From positions 38,258 through 102,257 of IMG/VR virus record IMGVR_UViG_3300038345_000094: a DNA stretch of 64,000 nucleotides; one strand, 5' to 3'. A program made the position numbers and the translations under genes. Positions 45,865 to 56,191 of the stretch are shown here, piece after piece. Numbering within the stretch: position 1 is the stretch's first letter; each line of letters starts with the position of its first letter. The notes under the pieces are model-generated. The model ran no database searches, was not told the origin of the DNA, and saw only the letters and a program-made list of their open reading frames with translations. Origin of the DNA: a virus. Lineage: Duplodnaviria > Caudoviricetes.

Positions 45865-48800
45865 ATGAGCTATGCTTACCGCAATTTAAGTCGGTTTCCA
45901 TCTGGTCTTTGCTTATGACGGGGTTATTCTTGTTCTCTTCAAATACATTTCGGAGATACTGAGCAACGACAGCGTCATTAAGATCGGTTAAGTTATATTG
46001 AACTTTAACACCTCGAGCTTCAAGCCAACTCTGAATTCTGTCCGCCCCATACTTTGTAACAGTCGGAATAAGTGCGATATCTTCGTCAGTTATATCTCTA
46101 CTGCCGATTGAAATATCTATACCGCCGACATTCTTAGCAGGTCCTCTCTTTTTCTTTTTCTTGCCAGTTTCCGTGGCCGTAGTGGCCTTTTCTTCTACCG
46201 GCTGTACAGGAGATATAGGCTGAGGAGTTACGTCCTTCTTCGTGAGTTCTGATGGCGTTTCTGGCAGAGCGCTATCATTGGGCCCATGAATAACATCGGC
46301 TCCAATTTCTTTTGCTTTCTTCTCCGCATCTTTAGCTATTTCGACTTTCTGCTGTCTGACAATATACTCACTTAATTCTTCAGCTTCTTGCTTGGTAATT
46401 TCCCTTAATACCTTAGACTTCGGATGTCTTGTCATATAGAATCTACCAAACGAACCATCCGGAGCACCATCTACTATATATAATATTGCAGTTGAGCACT
46501 TCTGGCGTTCTATATCCATACCGAAATCTTGAGTATCGTCGGTCTTGATTACGCTAAATTGAAGAAGTAATCTACGAGCGAGTTCTTCATCAACAAGTTC
46601 TCCATCTTCATCAATGAATTTCCCTTCATCGTTCAGATGATACTGCTGATTTCCAAACTGTATGACAGCAGCTTCTTCTTCCTTAAGTGGACTATGTTGT
46701 ACAGCGCCAATAGTCTTCGGTTGAATCTTACGAGGCTGAGCCGTCTTTGCATCAAGAGAGAATATCAAGAACGAAGGATTTAAATGCTGTAAGGATTGAT
46801 ATCTTGCATGCATTAAATCGCTATCGATGAGGTCTTTAACCGTCTCTGGATCGCGAGGAGCATACTTATCAAAGTGTACTCTCAGGGAAGTTCTCTCGTC
46901 AGACAGAACACTAACAAAGTCTTCCCAAGATTTGATTTTCTTACCAGCAAAGACAAATGCATTTGGTTCATCCATTCTGAAGTAGAACTGAACTCTCTGG
47001 GCAAAAGAGCCCATGATATTTAGCTTTGCATCAAGCTTCTCGTCATAAGACTTTGTAGGATCAAGAAGGATATCAACTTCTGCTCTTATCGCCTTAACGA
47101 AAGAGGAAGGATTTTCCGCATTCCATTGAATTTCATCAGAACGGGACATCACGATAGGCACATACGTTAACGAGCCATCTGGAGCCTGTATGAACGCATA
47201 GACCATACCAGCGACCGCAGGAATACCAAGCTGTTCAGGACGCTTAACTGGCTGATTGGGATCGTCTGTAAAGATTTCAATAACTCCAGTCTTCTTACTT
47301 CTTACAGCAACACCATAACGAATTGCTTTTTGTATTGGTGTATCGATAAGCTTCTTAAATGAAGTGTATTGATTTCCATTAACAACTTTTGGCAATCTAC
47401 CAGTATATATCTTTGCAATAATACTTTGCACAGGAATGCCATTGTAATCTCCGACAAAAAGATCTTGTCCCATTGTTTCGGAATTTTCTCGCTGCCTATC
47501 AATACTCTCTATGCAAGAAGTGTATATCTTATCATAAGCATTCTTGCTATCCTCAGAACCAGTGAGTTGTCTCATCGCTCCGAGAATCTGATATTGCTTA
47601 CCGCCGATATCGACAGTCTTAACTTGATCTTGCTGTTCCTTCGTGAGCTTAGATCGCAACTCGTCTGTTATCTCGATAGCAGTAAGGATATTATAGTTAT
47701 CCCTCTGATTCGGCTGACCTTCGTTTTGCAGAGTATATAATGTCTTTGAATAACGAGTACCTTCATTCTTATTAGCAAAGATGAAGTTAATAAGCGTTCG
47801 TTCTCCTCTACTGATATTATATTTCTCTATCTTAGCGAGAGCCCCACTTCCAAGGAAACCATAAGCGTTGAACTCTTCGTCTAATGTCTTTGCAACAGGG
47901 TTGTCATACAAATTTACAACATTACGATCATTGAGATCGCCGATGTTGTACTTTGTTATGCCAGCGCCATTAAGAACAGTACCGTCTGGATATTCAAAGA
48001 CCTTATCACCCTTATCCGTCTTGCGTTGAGGTTCGGCCTTCGCATCTTCGGATTTATCTTTTTCCTTGTCTACAATAATCGTGCCACGAGCAAGATTGTC
48101 AGCCTTATCTTCATCAAGATAAAATTGAGCGAGTTTCTTTAAGTGTTTAATAGGGATCTTTCCGTTGATAGAAGCAGGAATCTTATTGTCGAGAACAATT
48201 GATTCAAGCTCCTCAACTGACATCTTCTTTATTGCATCTTCAACGACACGGTAATTCTCATTGTCGTCGACTTTACCGCCAGAAGTCGCTTCTTCCTTTG
48301 GAGTCTTCTCTTCTGATATACGCGTTCCATTCTCATCGATAGGATAGCCCTCGTCATCAAATAACCTGTGTGTTGTCGGCTCTTCTTTCTTTGCTTCTGG
48401 AGTAACTGGTTTTGGTGGCTCCTTCGGCTTCTCCTTCTTCTCTGCAGGCTTTATAATTTCATCAGCGTCGTCTTTTCGTTCCTGATTGACGGTAATTGCA
48501 TTGACTAACTCATCAGCAAAATCTCGAGCTTCATCAAAGCCTAACGCTTCAGCTTCTTGATCTATATAATTAATAAGATCATCCTTGCTTGCTGGAGAAT
48601 CCTCGGAAATGCGCTCAGACAAGTCGTTTATAAACTTATGCTTAAGTCCAGCAAGCGGATCGTCAGGGCTAACAGAAGAAACTTTATTTAACGTTTCTAT
48701 CGCATTCACGAGCTCATCGAAGTTCTTATAAAGATTCTTTAAGCTCTGATTCGGCGACTTCTTAAGCATATCCGAGAGCATATCGTACTGCTGTGGATTT

Positions 48801-51724
48801 CTGACTTTATTTAACATAAGATCATTAAATGCCTTTTGATCCATATCCTCTGGGATAGAATCATAAAGTTTTTGTGCTTGATCTCTATTGTTCTTCTCAG
48901 TCATCATTGTATTCAGAGCAGTAACACTCTTGTCAAAACTGCCAGGATCTGTAGTTAGTGTAGCAAGCATATCCAAGAAGTCACTCCTATAAGCAAGAAG
49001 ATTACCTAAGTCCATCATGTCTGTATGAATCTTAGACATTTCCATATCGCTTATTGGATGGAGAGTCGGATCGTTTGAAACCAAATCAAGAATACGAAGA
49101 GCGCTTAAATAAGAATTAAGCGATGTCTCATGAATGGCCTTAATCTTCTTCTTCTCTTCTTCCGTACCGAATTCATTGGTCGCTTCAAGTTCGTCAAGTA
49201 TCTCGTCTTTCTCTTTAAGGATTTGCTCTATAAGCGGAAGAACTTTATCCTGTCCCATATAGCGAGCAGACTTACGATTGATAACATCGAGGAACTTCTT
49301 GCGTTCCTTTTCATTGAGCGTAAATCTAAAGAGATCTTTTATATTAGAAACATCAATACCGAGAGGTTGTCCAGAAAGAGCAGAGAACACATGGAATATG
49401 TCATTCAGTTTAGGAACCAATTCGTCTGACAAATTCTTTATTCTTTCTTCCGCATCATATACCGTCATGTAGCCCCAAGTTAAAGCCTCAAGGAATTTAT
49501 CATCCATTTGAGTGCCGTAAACTTGCTTGATGTCATCTTTGATACTAAGATACTTCTCGAATTTCTTCTTAAAGTCTTCCGAGTGCTCCTTAACTGTTTT
49601 AACGACATCCTCGGCTCTCATTCCATCGTATGGAGATATGCCAGTCTCTTTATCTCGAGCAAGCTCTGTCAGTTGCTGAACATCATTCTCGGTTACATTA
49701 ATGCCTTCGTCAATTAAGTTATATAGATCTTGAATACGTCCAGCCTTATCAAATGCCATAATGTCAGATATAAGCTGATCATTGTCGGAGTTCTTAAAGA
49801 AGAACATATTGCCAGAATCTAATGCTTCTTGCTTAAGATTATCAAGAGCTCTATGCCGTATATAAGATTGCCACTGAGAAATAAATTCAGGATTCTGAAC
49901 GATCTTATTCAGTTCTTCTGTAAGCGTCTTACTCTTACGGTTGGCATCCTTAGCGTCGCGAATGCTTTCAATGAATTCACCTTGCAGTCTGAAGTTCTTC
50001 TTCGGCTTATACTTCGTATTACCATTCTTATCTTTATATTCTTCGTACTGAACGATTCCTTCATCGTTACGAGTTTCAACAAATCCTGGAATACCAAGCA
50101 TCGAAGATAAAGCACCGATAGTACCCTCCTCCCATTTATTGGCATCAGTATAAGTATCGTGAATACCTTGCAGAATAGCATTGACAACATTAACGGCATC
50201 ATCTTGCGCGTCTTCGTCAATCTTATAGCCGTAGAAGCGATTCATCTTAGCGGATGCATTATAACCAGCTCCGAGGGAAGCAGCAGATTGCATCATCTCT
50301 TCGTACGGACCTTCAACGAATGGTACAGAAATTGCCTTTGCAATAGCTTTATTTCTTGCTTCTTTCGACTCATTGAATCCTTTACGTATAGTACCCTTGA
50401 CGAGACCACTGGCTTTATTAGCGGTCTTATAACCGCCCGCAATGAATCGACCGAACGTATACATATTAGAACCAGAAAGGATAGCCATATTCAATCCGAA
50501 GATCTGATTAGCCATAACCGCGCGATCTTGCTGTAATTGAATCTGAGCTTGCTGATAGCGTTCATTAATGTTAGCCATCAGTTCGTCTGCGATACGCTGC
50601 CCCTCCTCGGTATATTCGATATCATTACGTCTAGTCTCTGGATTCCAAAAGACTCGATAAGTAGGATTACCAGTAGTATTTCGAGCAATAACCTCATTGC
50701 GAATACGGGACGTAGCATCACGATAGTCATCATCTATCTTCGCCTGCATTCTCTTGACATAATCGTCCGTATTCGTTATTGCTTCAATACGAGCTTCCCC
50801 AGCAGCAGAAGTAAGAGAACCGAGGACTTTCATTCCCCACTCTTGGTTTCTTATCTGTTTTGCTTGATTAGCTAAATCCTTAGTGAGCTTGACGCCATCT
50901 ATAAATGCATCGCCAGTCTTGTATGCCTTATAGATTTCGGATGCAGTCTTTAATTCTTTGTTCGCAGAGTTAACAACAACGCCCTTAAAAGCATCACGGA
51001 GTTCTTTCTTCGCCATCACTTTAGACATCGCGCCAGCATTAACTCTACCGGAATAAGCAGCACCAAGCATAAAGCCTGTGTTCTTCAAAAACTTATCACC
51101 AATGAAGTTAGCACTAAAGAGATTAACTGGAGCATACCAAGGATTCTCTCGCTGTTCATCAGAGTAATAGTTTGGCATAACCTTTTCTGCCGCCTCATTT
51201 ACTTTCTGAAGACTACGAGAGACTGGGTTGTCAATAAAAGCATACAACGCATCGGCAGGACGTTCTATATCGCCATTGGCTGCCTGATACGCAAGATTAG
51301 CGATACCAGCCGCAGTACCTACGATACCATCAAGAAATGTAGTTCCAGCAATAACAACGCCCTTAAGAATACCGTTTGCTAATTGTTCGGCTCCTGATTG
51401 CTGTTCTGCTCTTCTTGCTTCTGTATGTAATGCATCCTGATAGCCAACCCATCTTTCATCTCTGTCGGACTTTTTAAGATTATCAGGTCGCTGATATGTT
51501 TCAACAGGATCTCCTTCATACATACGAGCAGATGCTTCGTAATTTGCGAGTTCCTGTACGCTTGGCAGATTTATTCTTTGAAATTTTCTTTTCTTCTCAA
51601 CATCACCAACTTGCTGGACGACAGAAGGAAGACCCGCAGAACCATCAAAATCCTGCGAGTACTCCCTCGCGTCTCTAGCGGTCTGTTGATCTAATATATC
51701 AATCAAGGCCATCTTCAAATTCAT
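45863..51724 (-). CDS. large virion cargo/ejection protein
   Basis: 1953 aa (likely start 51712); Gly/Ala-rich hydrophobic N-terminal region and coiled coils; crAss-like synteny. Confidence 0.72.
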   Translation of the reverse strand: MNLKMALIDILDQQTARDAREYSQDFDGSAGLPSVVQQVGDVEKKRKFQRINLPSVQELANYEASARMYEGDPVETYQRPDNLKKSDRDERWVGYQDALHTEARRAEQQSGAEQLANGILKGVVIAGTTFLDGIVGTAAGIANLAYQAANGDIERPADALYAFIDNPVSRSLQKVNEAAEKVMPNYYSDEQRENPWYAPVNLFSANFIGDKFLKNTGFMLGAAYSGRVNAGAMSKVMAKKELRDAFKGVVVNSANKELKTASEIYKAYKTGDAFIDGVKLTKDLANQAKQIRNQEWGMKVLGSLTSAAGEARIEAITNTDDYVKRMQAKIDDDYRDATSRIRNEVIARNTTGNPTYRVFWNPETRRNDIEYTEEGQRIADELMANINERYQQAQIQLQQDRAVMANQIFGLNMAILSGSNMYTFGRFIAGGYKTANKASGLVKGTIRKGFNESKEARNKAIAKAISVPFVEGPYEEMMQSAASLGAGYNASAKMNRFYGYKIDEDAQDDAVNVVNAILQGIHDTYTDANKWEEGTIGALSSMLGIPGFVETRNDEGIVQYEEYKDKNGNTKYKPKKNFRLQGEFIESIRDAKDANRKSKTLTEELNKIVQNPEFISQWQSYIRHRALDNLKQEALDSGNMFFFKNSDNDQLISDIMAFDKAGRIQDLYNLIDEGINVTENDVQQLTELARDKETGISPYDGMRAEDVVKTVKEHSEDFKKKFEKYLSIKDDIKQVYGTQMDDKFLEALTWGYMTVYDAEERIKNLSDELVPKLNDIFHVFSALSGQPLGIDVSNIKDLFRFTLNEKERKKFLDVINRKSARYMGQDKVLPLIEQILKEKDEILDELEATNEFGTEEEKKKIKAIHETSLNSYLSALRILDLVSNDPTLHPISDMEMSKIHTDMMDLGNLLAYRSDFLDMLATLTTDPGSFDKSVTALNTMMTEKNNRDQAQKLYDSIPEDMDQKAFNDLMLNKVRNPQQYDMLSDMLKKSPNQSLKNLYKNFDELVNAIETLNKVSSVSPDDPLAGLKHKFINDLSERISEDSPASKDDLINYIDQEAEALGFDEARDFADELVNAITVNQERKDDADEIIKPAEKKEKPKEPPKPVTPEAKKEEPTTHRLFDDEGYPIDENGTRISEEKTPKEEATSGGKVDDNENYRVVEDAIKKMSVEELESIVLDNKIPASINGKIPIKHLKKLAQFYLDEDKADNLARGTIIVDKEKDKSEDAKAEPQRKTDKGDKVFEYPDGTVLNGAGITKYNIGDLNDRNVVNLYDNPVAKTLDEEFNAYGFLGSGALAKIEKYNISRGERTLINFIFANKNEGTRYSKTLYTLQNEGQPNQRDNYNILTAIEITDELRSKLTKEQQDQVKTVDIGGKQYQILGAMRQLTGSEDSKNAYDKIYTSCIESIDRQRENSETMGQDLFVGDYNGIPVQSIIAKIYTGRLPKVVNGNQYTSFKKLIDTPIQKAIRYGVAVRSKKTGVIEIFTDDPNQPVKRPEQLGIPAVAGMVYAFIQAPDGSLTYVPIVMSRSDEIQWNAENPSSFVKAIRAEVDILLDPTKSYDEKLDAKLNIMGSFAQRVQFYFRMDEPNAFVFAGKKIKSWEDFVSVLSDERTSLRVHFDKYAPRDPETVKDLIDSDLMHARYQSLQHLNPSFLIFSLDAKTAQPRKIQPKTIGAVQHSPLKEEEAAVIQFGNQQYHLNDEGKFIDEDGELVDEELARRLLLQFSVIKTDDTQDFGMDIERQKCSTAILYIVDGAPDGSFGRFYMTRHPKSKVLREITKQEAEELSEYIVRQQKVEIAKDAEKKAKEIGADVIHGPNDSALPETPSELTKKDVTPQPISPVQPVEEKATTATETGKKKKKRGPAKNVGGIDISIGSRDITDEDIALIPTVTKYGADRIQSWLEARGVKVQYNLTDLNDAVVAQYLRNVFEENKNNPVISKDQMETDLNCGKHSS

Positions 51725-53444
51725 CTATAATTGTAGGGTAAACTCTAGACTCTTCCTTCGTGTTACCCGGCACAGGAATGACTGTATTATTATATGCTGT
51801 AAGATAACGGAATAACAATTCAATCAATCCCTGAGTCTCGGCATTATAATCTTTGTCGTCGTGATATAAGTAATCTTCTGCAGTATTATCATATATACGC
51901 TCCATTATATCTTCGAACCGCATGCCATAGATATCGGAGTTATGTAAGACTGGAGACTTCTTACCATGCTTGTCGACGTCGTACAGAACGATATTACCAA
52001 GTTCAGTATGCTTATTAGGAATGATAATAAGCTGACCAGAAGCAGGATCAATAGCAACCTTCGAATCGGCATCGCTCAAGATATCGCTCATTACGTCCAT
52101 CATTGTCTCTTCTACGCCGTTCTTCTTACCGAGCTTAACTGCTTTCCATCCCTTCTGACTTGTTGCGCCAAAGAGCTCCTGCATTTCCTTTTCGGTAATA
52201 TCTTCGCCCATGAATCTCCTCGATACTTCTCGACCAAGACTCTCAAGCAGATTAGAACTATCAGATAATGTAGACACATAATACGGACGATAACGCTCGC
52301 TATCAAGTGCGACAATAGCATTCTTTATCTCTTCGTTGTCGAACTTATCTGTATCCTTATCTGGCTTTATATGATATGCTTGAGCGATACTCTGAAGTCT
52401 TTCTCTATCCTTACTGTTAAGATCCTTGTCTGAAGACATGATCTTATTCATAAACTTAAGATCGGAGTCTCTGTTATTATAACGCTCTCTTTCCTTAGCA
52501 GAAACAAAATCACCCTCAGGACGATAGTGAGCACTGTTAGGAGTTTCCTTCTCGCTCTTTCCAGAACCAGTACGATACTTCTCAGGATGTAATCTCTTGT
52601 CACGCATTGTAGCAATCTGTTCTACCATATATGCACGAGCAAGATCTTTATTCTCAACTGTCTCCATCTTGTCAGTACCGATACCTTCCCAGAGTCCGTT
52701 GTATGCCTGTTGTCTTGCGTAGGCTATGTCTTCGGGAGTACCCCATTCTCCTACGCCAGAAGCAAGAACCGCAGAGTCGATCAGCTTGGTAAATTCCGGA
52801 TACTTATTAGGATTTGCCATTATATCAGCAATATCCTTCGAAGATAATCCTGTGCTAACCATTCTCTCGAATTGCTGGCCGCCTAACGTCTTAGACCAAG
52901 GGCCAACGCCATTAGCGAGAATTTGACTCTTAAGGTTCTTAACCTTAGCTGCGACGTCCGCTGTGATAAGAGCGCCAGACATTGATTCGTAAGAAAGAGA
53001 TGGATTTTTCATGTAGTCCATCAGTGAAGAGTCTGAAGCCTTACGACTGAAACGAATAGTCTGGTCTTTAGATAAAGCTTCTCTTTGCTTCTCGATGTCA
53101 GTAGCTCGGCGAGCATACGCAGTCTGTATTGGAGCAACCTCATCGCCATAGCGTCTTGCCATTGCAAGCATTTGACTACGGCTTGCAGGTGTTAATCCAT
53201 TCTTATTTAATACTTCGATAGCACTACGCAAGTCATTAGCGTAGTTCTTATATTGTTTATATGCTTCTGGATCAGTCTGCTCATTAGCCATCTGCTCAAC
53301 AGTAGAGGCTTTAGTGTATAACTCCAGATAAGCATCGTCTAATTTCTGATGCTGTTCATTAAGTATCGCTAACGGCTTATAATACTCATCAAACGAAAGA
53401 GGAGTAAATTGAGCCGCGTTAACTACAAAATTACTATTAGCCAT
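51699..53444 (-). CDS. virion cargo protein
   Basis: FTPLSFDEYYKPL N-terminus; position among cargo genes. Confidence 0.68.
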   Translation of the reverse strand: MANSNFVVNAAQFTPLSFDEYYKPLAILNEQHQKLDDAYLELYTKASTVEQMANEQTDPEAYKQYKNYANDLRSAIEVLNKNGLTPASRSQMLAMARRYGDEVAPIQTAYARRATDIEKQREALSKDQTIRFSRKASDSSLMDYMKNPSLSYESMSGALITADVAAKVKNLKSQILANGVGPWSKTLGGQQFERMVSTGLSSKDIADIMANPNKYPEFTKLIDSAVLASGVGEWGTPEDIAYARQQAYNGLWEGIGTDKMETVENKDLARAYMVEQIATMRDKRLHPEKYRTGSGKSEKETPNSAHYRPEGDFVSAKERERYNNRDSDLKFMNKIMSSDKDLNSKDRERLQSIAQAYHIKPDKDTDKFDNEEIKNAIVALDSERYRPYYVSTLSDSSNLLESLGREVSRRFMGEDITEKEMQELFGATSQKGWKAVKLGKKNGVEETMMDVMSDILSDADSKVAIDPASGQLIIIPNKHTELGNIVLYDVDKHGKKSPVLHNSDIYGMRFEDIMERIYDNTAEDYLYHDDKDYNAETQGLIELLFRYLTAYNNTVIPVPGNTKEESRVYPTIIDEFEDGLD

Positions 53445-56085
53445 TGATATCTTCTCCCATCATTCTTCTGAGATAAGCGATTTCGCCGCTCGATAATTGA
53501 TTGTACATTGGCGAAGCCGCATTGGCACGTCTTGCATTAAATGTGTCAAGACCGATATTACCAAGATTATTAAATAAAGCCGTGAGGTTACTCGAACGAG
53601 CTTGATTGTATGCAGAATCAATATTGTTTCTCATCTGATAATCATATAACGCTCTCTGGAAATAATAATTATTAAGCGTCATATTTTGCTGTTGCTCCTT
53701 AAATGCACCTTCAGAATTATATTGATCAATACCAAGATTATAAGCCGCAGCCTTCTGACGTTGTTCTGCATTATATTGCTTGCCTTGCAGATATCCAGCG
53801 CCTATACGAGAGTTCCCAAGATAATCAGAAGCAAGCATATAGTTACTGGATGCCGTAGAATTACCAAGAGAATTGTTGCTTATATAGTTACGCTCTCCGG
53901 CCATCTGATTCTGAATAGGCGTAGACATCTCACTTGGAGCAACAAGATTCGGACGAATATAAGTACCAATCGGAGAGAACCTGACAGTCCTAGGATTGGC
54001 CGTCATATCCTCAAAACGATGCACATCAGAGTAGTCCTTCCTATTTGTTAATAGCCCAAGAGCATTACCAACCACAGGAGCATATCTAAGCAGATAAGAG
54101 TAATCTCGCTGTTCTGGATCTTCGGGATCTTGTGGCTCAGTATCTTCTGGCTGTTCTGTTAATGGATTACCAACGATGTCTTCCTTCGGACCAGTAACTC
54201 TATTGTTCGGCATTGGACCAACTGGGCCGATTGGCTGCATCAAGTCGCTATTCATTGAGCGACGAGCCATCTCGCCAGTACCCCAGTTGTTAGCAGCCAT
54301 AAGCGTTGCTGTATGGACGGGACCGACTTTCTTATCAGTAGCAAGTCTACGCCAATCGTCGAACGAATTGATCTTATAGCCATTCATGTCGCCAAAGCTG
54401 CCAGCATTAATAGCGTCAATCCATTCTTGCGCTTCTGGAGTATCTTTAATGCTATCCATATACTTCAGGAAGTCCTGATAGTATTGCTGGTTTTCGAATT
54501 CCTCACCGTTCTGACTACGATCATACTGTATCTGCCCATTGCCGACATATGCATTTGTCAAATCTGGACGAACAACATTTCCTTCTTGAATTGGAGCACG
54601 AGTACCACTTCCATTTGCCGGATTACTTGATGCTGTAGCAGAAGCAGTAGAATTACTCTGTGATGGCGTTTGACCAACAACCTCTTGAGCTACTTGTGTT
54701 GCTTGTGATTCTATTTGTTGCTCTTGCTTACTTGCATCAGGAATCGGATAATTCTTTTCAAGTTCGGATTCCATGGAGGAAACTTCGTCAGAATTACCGA
54801 ATATTGCATTATATTCTCGGCGAAGTGTTTCCTTCTCTTCCCTCGTTAATCTATTCGCATTTTTAGGATCAACAAGACTTTTATATACAGATTGTGCCTG
54901 TCTAGGTAAAACACGATGCCCATGCGACTCTAACATCTTGACGAGTTCGTGATTTTTCTCTGCCTTATAATCATTCGACAGTTGATACCGAGCATACGCA
55001 TCATCAAGGAGAGCCTGCCGCCTTGCGGGATCATTTGCAAACTCTTTATTAACAAGCCTTACACGAGCTTCATATTCTTGCTTATTAAGCGGGCCACCAC
55101 CTTCAAACTTATTGGCTTCTTGTTCTGCTTTCTTTGCACGTTGCTTTTCTTGTATAGTAATCAGCCTAGCAAAGTTAGCATTAAGAGTATTCTTCTCAAT
55201 AGGATCATTAGCCATCTCTTCGCTCTTTTCTGCTAGTTTTTCGGCAATCTCAGCGTAAGTCTTACCGAAGTACTTATCGCCAATTAAAGAGTCATTGAGG
55301 GCTTTTTTAGATGGCTTTAAACGAGCACTGAAGACGTAATCATTAAAGATAACCTCACCTTCCTCAACGAGATTAGGATTACCTTCTTCGTCATACCCCA
55401 TAAGTACACCACCGTTAGGATTCTGCTCGTGAGTACCACCTTCGTTAATATATTTTACGTGATTCGTAAAGTCGCTACCATGCGTATCAAGCAGACCGCC
55501 ATAGGCAGAACGATAAAAGCTTAACATATTATTATCGAACGCATTCTGTTGTTGCGCTTCTTTAGCAGTCTGCCAGTTGTTTTTAGCATATTGTCTGGCA
55601 TCAGCAAGTTGGTCTTGATATGTATTATATTCATGTTTACCAGTTATTGCGTTATAAATCGCTCCACCACCACTCGTAACAAGACCAATTGCTCCTCCAA
55701 TAACGGCCCCCCAAGGTCCACCAATAGTAGCACCAGCAGAAGCTCCTGCAGCCGTTGCTCCAAGAATACCTTTGGCATAGTCTTTCCCGGTCTTGCCAGT
55801 AAAATCCTGTACTGACTTTTGCTGACCAAGATACATATTGTTGAATTGATTCATCAAACTATATGTACCACTCGGGGAGAAGTCTTGATTTTCCACTCTA
55901 TAGATATCGTCTAATCCGACATCATTCGTTTGAGCTAAATCGAGAGTGGTATCTAAAATAGATGCCGCTCCACCTATACCAGCAGATATTTTGTTCGCAT
56001 TCCCAAATTGCGAAAAATTATTTTCCTTTTGTTCTCCCTTCTTATCGTCTTTTTTGACTTCGGGAGTGCTAGCATTTAAAGACAT
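53437..56085 (-). CDS. virion cargo protein with Gly-rich transmembrane hairpin
   Basis: GATIGGPWGAVIGGAIG and GGTHEQNPNGGV...VEEGE motifs. Confidence 0.72.
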   Translation of the reverse strand: MSLNASTPEVKKDDKKGEQKENNFSQFGNANKISAGIGGAASILDTTLDLAQTNDVGLDDIYRVENQDFSPSGTYSLMNQFNNMYLGQQKSVQDFTGKTGKDYAKGILGATAAGASAGATIGGPWGAVIGGAIGLVTSGGGAIYNAITGKHEYNTYQDQLADARQYAKNNWQTAKEAQQQNAFDNNMLSFYRSAYGGLLDTHGSDFTNHVKYINEGGTHEQNPNGGVLMGYDEEGNPNLVEEGEVIFNDYVFSARLKPSKKALNDSLIGDKYFGKTYAEIAEKLAEKSEEMANDPIEKNTLNANFARLITIQEKQRAKKAEQEANKFEGGGPLNKQEYEARVRLVNKEFANDPARRQALLDDAYARYQLSNDYKAEKNHELVKMLESHGHRVLPRQAQSVYKSLVDPKNANRLTREEKETLRREYNAIFGNSDEVSSMESELEKNYPIPDASKQEQQIESQATQVAQEVVGQTPSQSNSTASATASSNPANGSGTRAPIQEGNVVRPDLTNAYVGNGQIQYDRSQNGEEFENQQYYQDFLKYMDSIKDTPEAQEWIDAINAGSFGDMNGYKINSFDDWRRLATDKKVGPVHTATLMAANNWGTGEMARRSMNSDLMQPIGPVGPMPNNRVTGPKEDIVGNPLTEQPEDTEPQDPEDPEQRDYSYLLRYAPVVGNALGLLTNRKDYSDVHRFEDMTANPRTVRFSPIGTYIRPNLVAPSEMSTPIQNQMAGERNYISNNSLGNSTASSNYMLASDYLGNSRIGAGYLQGKQYNAEQRQKAAAYNLGIDQYNSEGAFKEQQQNMTLNNYYFQRALYDYQMRNNIDSAYNQARSSNLTALFNNLGNIGLDTFNARRANAASPMYNQLSSGEIAYLRRMMGEDING

Positions 56086-56106
56086 ATTTCATGAAATTTT
56101 ATTTGG

Positions 56107-56137
56107 CAAATATAGTAAAAACCTCGAAGAAAACAAA
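56107..56137 (-). promoter_or_regulatory. Bacteroidota sigma70-type promoter of the cargo operon
   Basis: Reverse strand TTTG-N19-TATATTTG. Confidence 0.75.
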
Positions 56138-56146
56138 ATTATTTAT

Positions 56147-56186
56147 AAAAACAATAATGCCTGTCTACCAAAAAGGTAAACAGGCA
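56147..56186 (-). terminator. probable terminator after the muzzle gene
   Basis: TGCCTGT/ACAGGCA stem with an interrupted T-tail. Confidence 0.45.
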
Positions 56187-56191
56187 CTACA